A DNA stretch of 64,000 nt from Paraspadella gotoi (Eukaryota > Animalia > Chaetognatha): assembly GCA_051294375.1 (NCBI GenBank), contig CM119265.1, positions 27,446,219 to 27,510,218 on the forward strand. The letters run 5' to 3'. The position numbers and the translations under genes are program-made. The notes below the pieces were generated by a model. The model was given only the letters and a program-made list of their open reading frames with translations. It did not search any database and was not told where the DNA came from. Shown piece after piece: positions 24,901-37,605 of this stretch. The first letter of the stretch is position 1; each line of letters opens with the position of its first letter.

Positions 24901-25155
24901 ATGAAGGAGAGCAGAGGAGATTCGGCTTTGACTTTGATTCGCCTCGGGGGACATTTTTAGAGAGAGGGTCAGGGGGAATGTAAGGTCCTTGTCAGGGAGG
25001 AGGAGAGACGGAGCAGGGCATGGCACGGAGAGAAAATAGGGTGGCATGCGGAAGACGCCCTCTTTTGGCCGAGAGGATGAGAAAGTTGACTCCGGCGCCA
25101 CGGATTCTTAGATGAAGAAGAGGAATGATTATTTTGGTTGATTTTGAGGCGGGGG

Positions 25156-25455
25156 GAGAGAGAGGATAGGGAGGAAGAAGAGAGAAGAGAGGAGGAAGAG
25201 AAGAGAAATAAAGAATAAAATATTGATAGAAAAAAGAAGAAAGAGAAAGAAAGGAGGCTAAAATATAAAGGGAGAGGAGAGTGAAGATCGGAAGAGAGAG
25301 GGAAACGGAAGAAGAAAAAGATAGAAGAAAAGAGAGGAAATTGAGATAAGATGAGCGAGATAAGTAGTGAGGAGAGCAAAGAGAGAGAGAGAAGAGAAAA
25401 GATAGAGATAAGAGTGAGAGAGAGAGAGAATGAAAAGAGAGAAAGTAGAGAGGAG

Positions 25456-25488
<33 letters not shown>

Positions 25489-25650
25489 GAGAGAAGTAGA
25501 TGGAGTAGAAGAGATCTCATTAAATACTTCATTTTGAGTCCTTCGTCGTAAAATGCATAAATGAAGCTTTGCACGGGGAAGGGACCGTCAAGTAGAGTAG
25601 ACGAGATGAGGAGGAGAGAGAGAAGAAGAGAGAGAGAGAGAGAAGGAGAG

Positions 25651-25685
<35 letters not shown>

Positions 25686-28600
25686 TAGAGAACGAATTGC
25701 AATCACGTGGTTCAAACAATTGAACCTTAAATGATAAGGAAGAAAGCAAAGAATTAAAAGAGATCATGCAATCGAATAGAACTAGACGAAATGAACGGAC
25801 TAAGGCGATGGTACTGTAATTGTACGGTGACGGAGCAAGGAAATCGGCTGGATGGATTTGAATGATAAATGGATTAAATGAATGAAACTGAGTTGTGATT
25901 GGTGGATGGAACTGATGAACTGGATTTTGAGTGAAGTGATTAATCGAGATGAGAGAATGCCAGTTTGAAATCAACAAACGAATTGAGATTAATCTTTATT
26001 TAAGCAATAGAAAGGTTAGTACCGCTTATATTTTCAATTGACCTAAAACAAGAATTTATACAAAGCAAAAAATGAGCATATGAATGAATGAAGTTAGTAA
26101 TGAACTAAATTTAACTGATGAAGAGACATGAATCAATATAAATGTCTATGAAGTTAATGAAGTGTAATGAACGAAGTGTAAATAAATACGATGTACAACT
26201 TAAAAAAATGTAACAATCTACTTCTTCAATCGTTTAGTCTTTATCCATAAAGATACAAATGCTTAAATGATGAAAGATTCTTAAAGATGGAAAATGCTTA
26301 AAGACTATATGATGATCTTATAACAAGTATGAGGATATTAGGAATTTGTCCTGCTGAGACAAAATTTCAATTAGAACAGAGAGACAGACGCGACCGAGCT
26401 GCGACTGGAGCCGATCCAAATATAATCACGTCACGTCTTTCAGTCTGTTTTATAAACAGACGATTTTTCTCTGACTGGGGGCTGAGCTGAAGTGAGAAGG
26501 CTGGAAACGGACGAGTTTGCGGCTTGGGGTTAAGGTTTGGGTGGGGCTCTGAGTGGGGTTCCAGCGGGGTCATGGTCGGGAAGTGTAACGGGTCAAGTTG
26601 GGGAGGAAAAGCGTAAGGACGGGAAGGAAAAAGAGTGGTAGTGAGAGAGAGATAAATGTACAGAGTTTTAAAACTGGTAATTTTCTGGAATTCATTTCAG
26701 GTTTTTATAGAAATTATTTTTTCGACGACGATGCGATGACGACGACGACAAAACATAGCGAAGACGACGACTAATCAACGAACGACGACGACGACGACGA
26801 ACACTACTGTACGATGACGAATGACGACGCGTCAATTTCTTCTTGCTAGTTTTTTATTTTCAATGATGTTTTATTTGTTTCTATTGTCCAAACATTTGCC
26901 AGCCCACCGTCCATCTCTTGCCACTTGCCACCATTGCACTCATTGCCCATCATTTGCCTACCTTGCCTTACCTTGCCAGCTACTTTTCAGTTTCACTGAA
27001 CTCGTTGCTAAAGGATCTTTTCACGGACATCAGCAGATATCTTTCACGTTGTCATGGGGCAACTAAATGCCAAGATTTCAGAAGTCAGTGCAATGAATTT
27101 CATCTGCGATTTTTTTTGCGCATCAAAGATATAAACAACAGGACAACAACAAAATAAACAAAAAAAAACATACCAAAACTGTCTAGAAAATCATTAGGAA
27201 AAAGCAAAAAGAAAAAAGTGAGCAACCGAATACGTCGAGCACGGACACCTCGCTTAACCTTCCATAACCTCATCCTCTAATCCTCCACCTATCCTCACAC
27301 TCCAAAAGTGCGACACAAATCTTAACCTCACCTCCCTACGCCAAATCTTGCCGTTCCCTTATACAATAAGTTTCGTAGTGAAAGTTAACATGACGAAATT
27401 ATAAAAAGTCAATTATGGAAATAACATACCATCGCAAAGTGAACATTAATTTTGTAAAAAAAAATTTTTATTTTATATTATTTTTAAATTTTCGCAGTAG
27501 GCTTATTTATATTTGAGATATGTTATAAACAGGATTGAAAAAAATTTTTTTAAAATAGGCTTTTCTTAATTCTTTGATTGCAGATCTTGAATGTCCTCGT
27601 CAAAAGTTGATAAAAAGAGAAATATAAATATATTTTTTAAAAATTCTTCATCATTAAGTTGGTTAAAAATTAAAAAAACTATATTTGTAAAGTGATAGTA
27701 AAAAGTTAATTTTCAGCTTAAAATATATAGCTTTTTCTAAATTTTTGTACTCACTTAAATGAAGAGGAAATTTATTCAAAAAGAGTTATATTATCTTTTT
27801 TATCACTTTTATATTGATAGAATTCCAAATCTGCGAAGAAAAATCTAGAAAAACTGGTTTTGAAATTTTTAATAACATTTACTTTGGTTTAGGTGAGCGT
27901 AGTAGACAATATGTTGCCTACTGCGAACTAAATTGTAAATTTATATTATTAAAATTTCTTTTATTTATCAGTAGAATGGTTTCATATAATATACGATTTA
28001 TGTTCGTTCCTACGACTTGTTTGATGAATTTTTAATTAATAGTTAAATTTATGTAAAATGTGATTACTTACGCTTATTATCCAATCGCCTCACGATAAAC
28101 TCGTCTAAACTCACTTGAATATCAGCCACGAACCCTAAACTACTTTCATATCTTACCCGAATCACTGTCTATCCGAACCTGAAATTGATAAACTAAACCT
28201 CAAACTTCAAGCGCCAAAACTATTCTTATGACTCAACTTCCGACCCTGACACCGGCGTCTTACGCGTCTTTAATTCACTTCCTTTCTTGCCAAATTTTTT
28301 GTCCCGTGATGTAGACAAAAATCAAAAAAAGTCGGAGATAATTCGATCGAGGGAAAATTGAATGTTCATGATGGCGTCCTTTCTTGGTGAAGGTGAGGGT
28401 CGAGAGTTACGGTGATATTGAGTGAGTGAATGTGAGGGTTAAAGTGAGAGGGTCATAATGGTGAAATGTATTGTGAAATGGATGTGAATGTAGTAAACAA
28501 GTTAAGGGTGAGGGTGAAGATGATTGGATGTGAGAGTGAGGGTGAAAATGATGGTGAATGGTGATGATGAAATTAATGAGAAGTGAGAGTGTACCCTTGA

Positions 28601-30890
28601 TTGTGAAGTGATGGTATAAGTGATTGATGAAGAATTAATTGTGAAGTGATGGTGATGGGGCAAGTTGAGGTTTAAGGTGATAATGAATTGGAATGAAGGC
28701 AGTGAGGAGTTAAAATGATGGTCTAATGTGATGATGAATGTTATGGAGAAGTGAGAGTTTCCTTGATGGTTGAAAGTAGGATGATGGTAAAATTTATGGT
28801 GAAGAGTGAATGGTTTATATGAAGGACAAGTGAGGGTTAGGTTGAACGGTGAATTCGAGGGGCAGAAATGATGTGAGACGAGGTGAGACTAAGTGAGAAA
28901 TCAGCTTGATTATGTGAATGGAAAGATAACGAAAGCGAAAAAAAGCTCTGTTTCATTGGTTGTGATTTTTCGAGTGAATCGATCTTTGTCACGAAATTAT
29001 GCAAGCGTGAAGCGTTTAGACTCGGAATTGTGAGAAAATAGGTACCTCGAAGTTTACCTATTCCGTAAAAGTGAATGAAGATAAACGGCAAGATAGAATG
29101 GAACATTGACGGGCCACTGAAAATGGTAAGTAAAGATGAAGCTTTGGACTATATTTAAGAGGTAAGGTGAGATGAACTGAGGATGGAGGTCGAGAACTCA
29201 GCGGAAAAGGACAGAATCCTAATGGAAGACTGTAATGGACGTATGTGCGAATCGGGAGAGAGGGGGAGGAAGAGGGGCGAGGAAGAAGGGGGGAGAGGGG
29301 GGAGGGTAAGGGGGAGGGACGCAGGGGGAGGGAGGAGAGGAGGTGGGAGGGAGGAGAGGTGGGAGGGAGAGGGGAGCAGAGGGGAGGGAGATGGGAAGGA
29401 AGTAAGGGGGGAGATACTGGGGGAGGGTAACAGGGGGAGGGAACATCGGGGGAGGGAGGAAGCAGGGAGGAACAGAGGGAGAGAGGAAGCAGAGAGGGGG
29501 AGGGAAAGGGGACATAAGCAGAATGAGGACAAGAGGGGCGATAGAGGGAGGGGGAGAGGGAATTATGGAAGAGAGGTGGGGAGAGAAACGGGGTAGAGAG
29601 TGAGGTGGAAGGACAGAAGAGGTCGGAGATGAGGGGTGAGATATAGAGGGGGGAGGAGAAGCGGGATGAGAGAGGTGTAGGTGATCGGCACGGGTGGAGG
29701 CATCAGGAGGGGCGAATAGATATCTTATATATTGATTATATGGTGATGGTGATTGGGGTGGAGGGCGAGTGGATAGTCGGGACATGGGGCGGTGCCGTGT
29801 AGATTGGCGATAAGGATGGAGATACACACGCGGGTGGATATAATGAAGAGAAGGAAATGCACAGATGGATAGAAGAATGAATTCAAAGAATTCTAATGAC
29901 TTTTAAATTTGAACGTTCGTCTCCGATTCGCAAGGACGACCATTCGTAGCGTCTAGGGCCTTCGTATACCATTTAAGTGAGGAGCTTGTCAGCTTTTGCC
30001 TTTTGACCTTTTAATGCCTTTTAGCAGCCTTCAGAGTGACCTTAATGAAGTGTATCCGGGTAATCCGAATCGCCGGGAACTTCTTATGTGGTCGGGGAGC
30101 GTAAGCGATATACTCATTGGTCCGTTCGGCATGAGGCATATGAAGGAGAGCAGGTAGGAAGCTATTCGGTCTTTAGGACCTTTGAATTGTCGCTGAATCT
30201 AGAGTGCATGACTGATTGTTTTGAGAAGGAGAGGGTCAAGGGGGAATTAGGTAGGGTCTCCTGTGTGGGAGAACGGATTCAGTGGAGGTAGGAGGAGAGA
30301 CGTTGAGCACGGCATTTGGCAGTGCACGGAGAGAAAGTGATAAGGGTGTAGTCATGTCGGAAGGACTGCCGCATCTTTTTGGCGCGAGATGGATGAAGAA
30401 AAGGTTTGGATTCTCCGGGCGCCAGCTGGATTTCTTAGGTATGAATCGATTATGAGGAAATGATTATGATATTTTGTTGAGTTTTTTTGAGGCGTGTGGG
30501 GTTTTGAGAGATAAAGAAGAGAGGAGAGAGATAGAGAGGTAGGAAGTTAGAAAGGTGAGATGAGAAAAAGACCTAAAAGATAAGATTTAAAATATATTTA
30601 GAGATTAGAATTGATTATTTGGTTGATTAGATGTTAAGTGCGGGGGAGTGCGGGTGCAGGGCGGAGTGGGGGTCGGAATGTGGGGGGCGGTTTGTTGTTA
30701 GGTGAGTGGAAGAATGAGAAGAGGAGAGAATCATGAAGTGACAGAGAGGAAGGAGAGGAGAGAGAGTTGATCGACAGTGAGAGAGGACGAAGATGAGAGC
30801 AGGAGAGAGAGAATGATGAGATGATAGCTAGAGAGAGAGTCAGAGAGAGAGAGAAAGTGGATACGNNNNNNNNNNNNNNNNNNNNNNNNN

Positions 30891-30924
<34 letters not shown>

Positions 30925-31950
30925 TGAAGAGAAAAAGACAAAAGAAAAGATTAAATATACAGATAAAACGAGTAAAGGATTTAAAATTCTATTCTATTTC
31001 TTCCTAATTTTCTTTCTTTTTACTATTTTAATTAAGCATCTCCCTTTTTGCATCTTCTTTTACACCTGCGACGAGTGGCGCCGTTTATTCTTTCGTCGTC
31101 TCCGCCCGTCTAGACGACAGATGCAGACGGCGTCGTTTATTTAATGATCAGGTGTCGAGAAGGTAAAGGTGGCCTGTTAGTTATCAGGCGAAAAGATATG
31201 TCAGTCGGTTTACATGATATCAGGCGTCATATCTGGCAGAATTAAAGGCCTTTTTTCCCAGAACGCCCCATTTCATCTTAAATTCGGAATGAGGTTAGTT
31301 TTTAGAAGTTAAAGATTAGGATAGAGATTAGGTTAGGAATTAGGTTAGAGTAAGATAAGATAGGATAAAGATTAGGATATAGATTATATAAGCGTTTTTA
31401 TTATGTTAAATATTAGCTTAGGGATTAGGTTAAAGACAAGTTTTGTGATTAAGGTTGAGGCTTCGGGTTTAGGATTAAGTTGAGGTTTGAGATTAGGTTT
31501 ATAGATTAAGGTTAAGAATTGTGTTATAATAAGTTTAAGATAATGTTTAGGTTAAATATTAATATCAAAAATAAATTCTTGGATAAAGCAACAGAAATAT
31601 GACGCTCTGGTGCCGTGACATGATCTGGAAAGTTAGACGTCAGATAGTTTACCAGTTATCATGTGCTGAGCCATACCATAACATATTTATAAGGAATATA
31701 TAGATTTCGATCCTCAAATTAACGGATCCAAGAATTGACCCATCACACCCAGAGCAACGCCATTTTGGCGTTTCTTACCTCTGCCAGCCAATAACAACAT
31801 TATCGATATGGAAGCCAGGTACTCTGGGAGTGATACTGTGAGAGAGTCTTGATTGAAACACTTGCAAGGGACCTGCTATGTCATTATCTTGTAAGAGTGA
31901 TGGAACCACCAAAGCCTGTCCAAAGTCAAGGGCAAAATTGAATGGATAAT
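25156..31950 (+). repeat. Copy 3 (5'-truncated) of ~8-kb triplicated segment
   Basis: 25156-25645 matches 12057-12546 (offset 13099). 26507-30865 matches 13314-17672 (offset 13193, identical ORFs in the track). 30925-31930 is a cleaner version of 17675-18900. Confidence 0.92.
31248..31612 (+). repeat. Dispersed element with degenerate TTAGG(G)-like central array
   Basis: Left flank ttttcccagaacgccccatttcatctta, then ~270 bp of ttagg/ttaag/ttaga hexamers, then right flank taaattcttggataaagcaacagaaat. The same layout is at 57714-58027. Confidence 0.65.
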
Positions 31951-32292
31951 TCTTTTTATTTTTGGTATCAATTTCATATCAAGTTAATAGAAAAGGTGAG
32001 TTCCGGGAACCTTTACTTTTTTTTTTCTTTCATCTCTTTTCATTTTTTCCCTTTCTTTCCTTTTTCTTTTCTATTTGCTTTTCTTGTTATCTGAATCATT
32101 TTCTTCTTGTGCTCCTCCATTTTTGTCTCCTACGTATTGCATATCGATTTTTCTCTTTTGGTTTTATGACTGATTCGATTATATATATTTCACGGTTGAG
32201 TTGATTTACTTTTTTAGTTCCAATCAATTCTATTGTCAGTAGCAATACAAGCAGTCACACGCAGAAAGAGAAGATACAGACAGTCTCACGGT

Positions 32293-32345
<53 letters not shown>

Positions 32346-32604
32346 CTCCTCTCTCTCCTCACTCTCTCTCTCTCTCTTCTCTCACTATTCTTGGCATTTG
32401 CGTCCATGATCAGTCAACCTCATCAAGAGCCTTTTTCTCTCTCTTGTCCACCGCACATTGAAACAGTCAAATATTCCACTAAAAAGTGGAAATGGATGGT
32501 GATTGAATGAAGTAGGTTTAGAGAGAGAGAGAGAAGACGAGAGACGAGACTGAGCAGAGAGACGACAGAGAGTAGAGACGAGAGAGAGAGAGCAGAGAGA
32601 GAGA

Positions 32605-32702
32605 ACCACGATCGAAGTGCAATAGGAAAAAAAAAAGACAGCCGAATATTCCGATCCCGCCCCAGCGTCACTCTCGCAGCGAGAGAGAGAGTGAAAGAGA
32701 GA

Positions 32703-32768
<66 letters not shown>

Positions 32769-33131
32769 CGAGAACGACGAGTCGAAGGCAAATGGAAAAA
32801 AAAAAAAGCACCACGAATATTCCATCCGCCCCCAGCGTCGCTTCTCCAGCGGAGGAGAGAGCTGAGAGAGAGGAAAGAAGAGAGAGACACGATGAAGCAT
32901 GGAAAGCAGTATTCCATCCCCGAGTCTGCACGAGAGAGAGAGGAAGAGAAGGAGAGAGAGAGAGAGAGAGAGAGAGAGCAAGAAGAGAGAGAGGAAACAC
33001 GATCGGAAGGCAATGGAAAAAAAAAAGACACGAAATATTCCATCTTCCGCCCCGCGTCGCTCTCCAGCGAGAGAGAGGATGAAGAGAGGGAGAGAACAGA
33101 GAGAGAGAGAGGAGAGAAGAGAGAGAGACAG

Positions 33132-33172
<41 letters not shown>

Positions 33173-33250
33173 ACGATCGAAGGCAATGGAAAAAAAAAAA
33201 GACACGAATATTCCATCCCGCCCCAGCGTCGCTTCTCCAGCGGAGAGAGA
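32605..33250 (+). repeat. Array of ~80-bp unique cores separated by variable (GA)n spacers
   Basis: Core acacgatcgaaggcaatgg(A)n gacacgaatattccatcccgccccagcgtcgcttctccagcg at ~32606, ~32775, ~32997 and ~33171, with a partial core at ~32887. Confidence 0.88.
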
Positions 33251-33295
33251 GGAGTGAAAGTGAGAAAGAGAGAGAGAGAGAGAGAGAGAAGATAC

Positions 33296-33333
<38 letters not shown>

Positions 33334-33987
33334 AGACGAGATGAGAGAGGAGAGAGAGAGAGAGGTGAGAAAGAGAGAGAGAGAGAGAGAGAGAGACATC
33401 ACGTGACACCATCCATGACCTCCTTATATGCATAAAGTCCTCTTCAATATCATCGCCGCAGAAATTTTCTTTTTTCGTCGTTCGGTCGTCGTCGTCGTCT
33501 CGTCGTCGTCGTCGTCGTCGTCGTGTCGTCGTTTACGTTTCATAATTGTTTTCGTTACCTTTCTCCCCTCATCCCTTCGGCATCAAATTTACAGCTGAGG
33601 TGGAGAAAAGGGCCCAAAATTTATTGCTGGTACGAAAATTTTATAACTTATAGAATAAGAAAATAGTAAAAAACTCTTCGGAAGTTCCATTCGACAAATT
33701 TGATTACGTTTTGGTCATCATCGTCGTCATCATAGTCGTAATCATCGCCGTGTCTTTGTCGAATTGTCGTTATAATCGTCTCATCGTCATCATCTTTGTT
33801 ATCACATCGTTTTCTTCGTCTTCATCGTCGTCTTTGTTATTCCTCTTCATTTTCATCGTCGATCTTTTCCTATTCGCTCGCGGCCGGCGGCGGCGGCGGC
33901 GGCGGCTGCTGCTGCTTGTTGTCGTTTTTTCGTTAGCCTCACTAGGCTTAGGTTGTCTTCTCTCTCTTTCTCTTCTTCTTCTCTCTC

Positions 33988-34068
<81 letters not shown>

Positions 34069-34144
34069 CGCGCGGCCCTTATGGTGAATATTGTATCCTG
34101 ATGGTCGTATGAGAGTTGCCCCTTGCTGCTTTCAACGAAGAAAG

Positions 34145-34175
<31 letters not shown>

Positions 34176-34979
34176 ATTGATGAATTGATTATTCTGCTCA
34201 TCAAAGTTTAATACAACACATTTACAATCACAGGGATTCGCTAAGAGAGCCGTACATGGGATATTGACTGTACATACAAGTATGTTAAATAAATATAAAA
34301 CAACAATTAAAAAATTCATTAAATAAAAAACGAAGGTAAATAGTAAATTAAAAAGAAAGAAAAATTCTATATACGATCATTCTTAAGTTTTAATGATGGA
34401 CATCTTTTCCATTTTCCATTTCCAGAGGATGAGAGACGAGCGATTACCTAGACGTTAACTAGAACTCGTTCTTCTGGGCATCCTCAAGTCACTAAGAGAG
34501 GTTAGCAAAACTACTAACAACTTTTTAATGTTTAAGTTTAGTTTAATGTAAAATAGACCCCTTTTGTGAAAAAGACTGATTTCTTTTCTTTTTATTACTT
34601 ATGAAAAAAGAAACTAATAAGAGAAAGATTTTAACCTATAAGTATCTCGTAGAGAAACTTTCTCAAAACTCAATTAATTTTTAAAACTTTTCCTATTTTC
34701 AAACTAAATCTCCCATTAAGTTTTTTCAGAAACTTTGGCTTCAAATCCATTTTATTTTCGCTTTTCCTTTTAAATTCCTTTACTTTTCCTTTTGAAAATC
34801 CTTTGCTTTTCTTTTTAAAATTCTTCGCTTTTCCTTTTAAAATTCTTCGCTTTTCCTTTATCCTTTTTCCTTTTTTATCTCTAATCTTATCTTTCCTTTT
34901 TTTCCATCTTCGTTGGCTGACGAGGCGGAGAAGCGGAGTCTTTTTTCGCTTTGGTTCCCGACAATTTTTGAATTACAAA

Positions 34980-35036
<57 letters not shown>

Positions 35037-35142
35037 AAGGAGACATCTTTTTATTTTCTCTTTGAAATATTTGAGAAGCAGTATTTTTTCCCATTTGATA
35101 TTTTTTTCTCTTCTCGTGCGCAAGATTTGAAACGACGTTTGA

Positions 35143-35448
35143 AAATCTCAGAACATGAGTCAAATCTCAGAACATGAGTCAAATCTCAGAACATGAGTCA
35201 AATCTCAGAACATGAGTCAAGTCTCAGAACATGAGTCAACAAATCTCAGAACATGAATAAAATCGTCAAAACATGAGTAAAATCTCAGACATGAGTAAAA
35301 ATCTCAGAACATGAGCAAATATCAGAACATGAGTCAAATCTCAGAACATGAGTAAAATCTCAGAACATGAGTCAAATCTCAGAACATGAGTCAAATCTCA
35401 AGAACATGAATAAATCTCAGAACATGAGTCAAATCTCAGAACATGAGT
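35143..35448 (+). repeat. 19-bp minisatellite (AAATCTCAGAACATGAGTC)n
   Basis: About 16 tandem units with minor variants. Confidence 0.95.
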
Positions 35449-35760
35449 GCAGTTATAGAATTGACGATTCTGATAAAACATATGTATAAAAAAGAAATAA
35501 AATTCGCTACAAAATTAATTTGTTTCCACTGTTCAAAAGCAGAACCTATGTAGATAAACATTTGTTATAACTATGTTTAGAAACATTTTTTAAAAATGCA
35601 AAAGAATTGTTTTTCTGTTCATTCAGTTGAATGCGAAGAAGAAAATTAGACATTGATTACTTTGAATTAAAAAAATGAATTTTAATGTAAAAATATTAAT
35701 TTAGTAATTGAGCTTAGTAAGCTTAATAAGTGTTATTACTTCTCGTTCTACCTCTTTTTA

Positions 35761-35798
<38 letters not shown>

Positions 35799-36159
35799 CT
35801 CTCCTTTCTCTCTCTCTCTCTCCCCTCCCTCTCTCCCTCTCTCTCCCCATCTTTTCTATCTCTCTTTCTGCGGAATATCACAGGCGTAAGTCTCTCGCTT
35901 TATCGGCCTGATTCTCTGCGCCTTATTTTTTCGTTTCTAATTCCTATGACTTTTGTTTTCATATATTTTCTTCTTATGATTACAATTTTATATATACAAT
36001 TTTATTATTATGTACGTATAATAATAATATGCGTAAACTTGGATTTTTTCTTTCATATTTGAATTTTTTTCAAACTTTTTATCAAATAGTACGATTACTT
36101 TAAATATAATTACTTTAAATATAGAATAGACAAATCTCTATGTATGCCCAGCTGAAAAT

Positions 36160-37605
36160 ATCTCAACTGTCCGCAGGCAATGAAGGTGGCCACGAACCCC
36201 TAGGAATCAAAGAGAGAGAGCTGGTTGAGTGAGAGAGCATTTGTCGTCGCGTTTGGACTTCTGTATCCACCTTCTCTTGTCTTATTGAACGAAAATATAT
36301 CACGTTGAAAAAAACAAAGACCAAACGCCAAGAACTTTTTCCCAAATTGTGCGTCGCTCTCATGCACTGAAGCGTTTTGATATCTTCCCATTCCTTTTCG
36401 AACGCAGGCGTTGTCATCCTCGCAACGCCTCTTTGTGCGATGATCGCCAGCATACAAGGTCGAACGCCTCCACGCTTCATCGCTTCCGTGATGCCGATCC
36501 GGAGGTTTTCGGGCAGCCTCGTACGGTCGGCGTCCCGAAAGCAAACAAGTTGTTCCACGTAAGAAAAATCGTGATATGATGGCGGTCAGCCGGACTTCCG
36601 GTGGAAGACCGTTCCATAAGGGTACGGCCGTGATGCTGAAGCACGTAGCTGGCCACGTAGGGGACACTTATGCGCCGAAAAACGTGGACGATCATCTCCC
36701 CAATAGAACGAGAGGACTTTCCATTGTTTCGTCTTCAAAACCACCAGAAGCGAAACACATGGGCGATCTTTTTCGTCGACCGGAAGCACTGATGAAGAAT
36801 CCGGCGCACGTCGGAGTCGAGGGCAGATTTCGTGACGCGAAAGCGAGAAAGGACGCCAAGAAGATTATCATAGGTCGGGCCCGGTGAGAAGCTGATCGTT
36901 GAGGCTTGATCCGTCGCAAGACGCGCTTTGGCGTCATGGCAGACGCGATATTTTCCTGGCTTGTCAGCTCTCGTTGCGATATGAGTGGGCAAGCACCAAA
37001 TTGGTTTCTCCCGTTCCGGGACTGCTGGATCATCTTCGAATCGCATGAACCTTCGTCGATGATTTCCTTGAACTGCTTAAGACTCCTCTTTGCGAAGCGG
37101 CTTCCGCCGCATCAATTCCCGGGCTTTCAGGAGCCGCATCATGCCATCTCAGACGATTACATTTTGTTTCAGAATCTCCGCAGCCTTTTCCCGGCCTTCC
37201 TTCCAAGAGAAGCCCAACCTTCCAATGTCCGACAGTCTCGTCGAACTGTATCGTCGACCGAAAGCTGCTCCAATGGCGAAGTCGTCTTGCACGCTTAGAT
37301 TGAGGCTTCGCCGATGCAGCCGGCGGAAAATCCGCCTTCAAATAGACGCTGAATTTCGCGGCTTGAGCTGCTCAGTCGTCAACTTTGATACGGTGACAGG
37401 TCACTTGATGAATTCCCGTCCCGGCCGGCTCTGACGACCCTTGGCCGCGTGGCCGCCGATGGTCCATCCCCATTCGGTTTTTAAAGCGCAATGGGAAGCA
37501 TCACTTACTTCCACGGCGAATCTCTCGCGTCTCTCCAAGTCCAGGTATATCGGCCGGGGGCGCCTGAAAAAAAGAAAATAAAGCCGATCTCTTTTCGTTG
37601 GAAGA
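36160..37605 (-). mobile_element. BEL/Pao LTR-retrotransposon pol fragment (reverse transcriptase and start of Pao/Peptidase_A17 region), frameshifted
   Basis: GC-rich island with minus-strand peptides in the expected order: GHWKVGL; IWCLPTHIATRADKPGKYRVCHDAKA (cf. WYLPHH..KPGKLRVVFDASA); PGPTYDNLLGVLSRFR..ALDSDVRRILHQ (cf. GP.L.N.L.GVLLRFR...A..ADI..MF.Q); FRFWW; MIVHVF...SVPYVA (cf. M.VH.FG..SSP); TRRQMLS...SLFD (cf. TKR..LS..A..FDPLG). Multiple frameshifts. Confidence 0.92.

Larger units (their letters stand above)
19330..25150 (+). repeat. Copy 2 (3'-truncated) of ~8-kb triplicated segment
   Basis: Colinear with ~10860-17310. The first part is insertion-rich; the later part is cleaner than copy 1. 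Confidence 0.9.

Noticed and set aside
32605-33250. CRISPR array
   Set aside because: Repeats are ~80 bp, spacers are GA microsatellite, there are no cas genes, and the context is eukaryotic.
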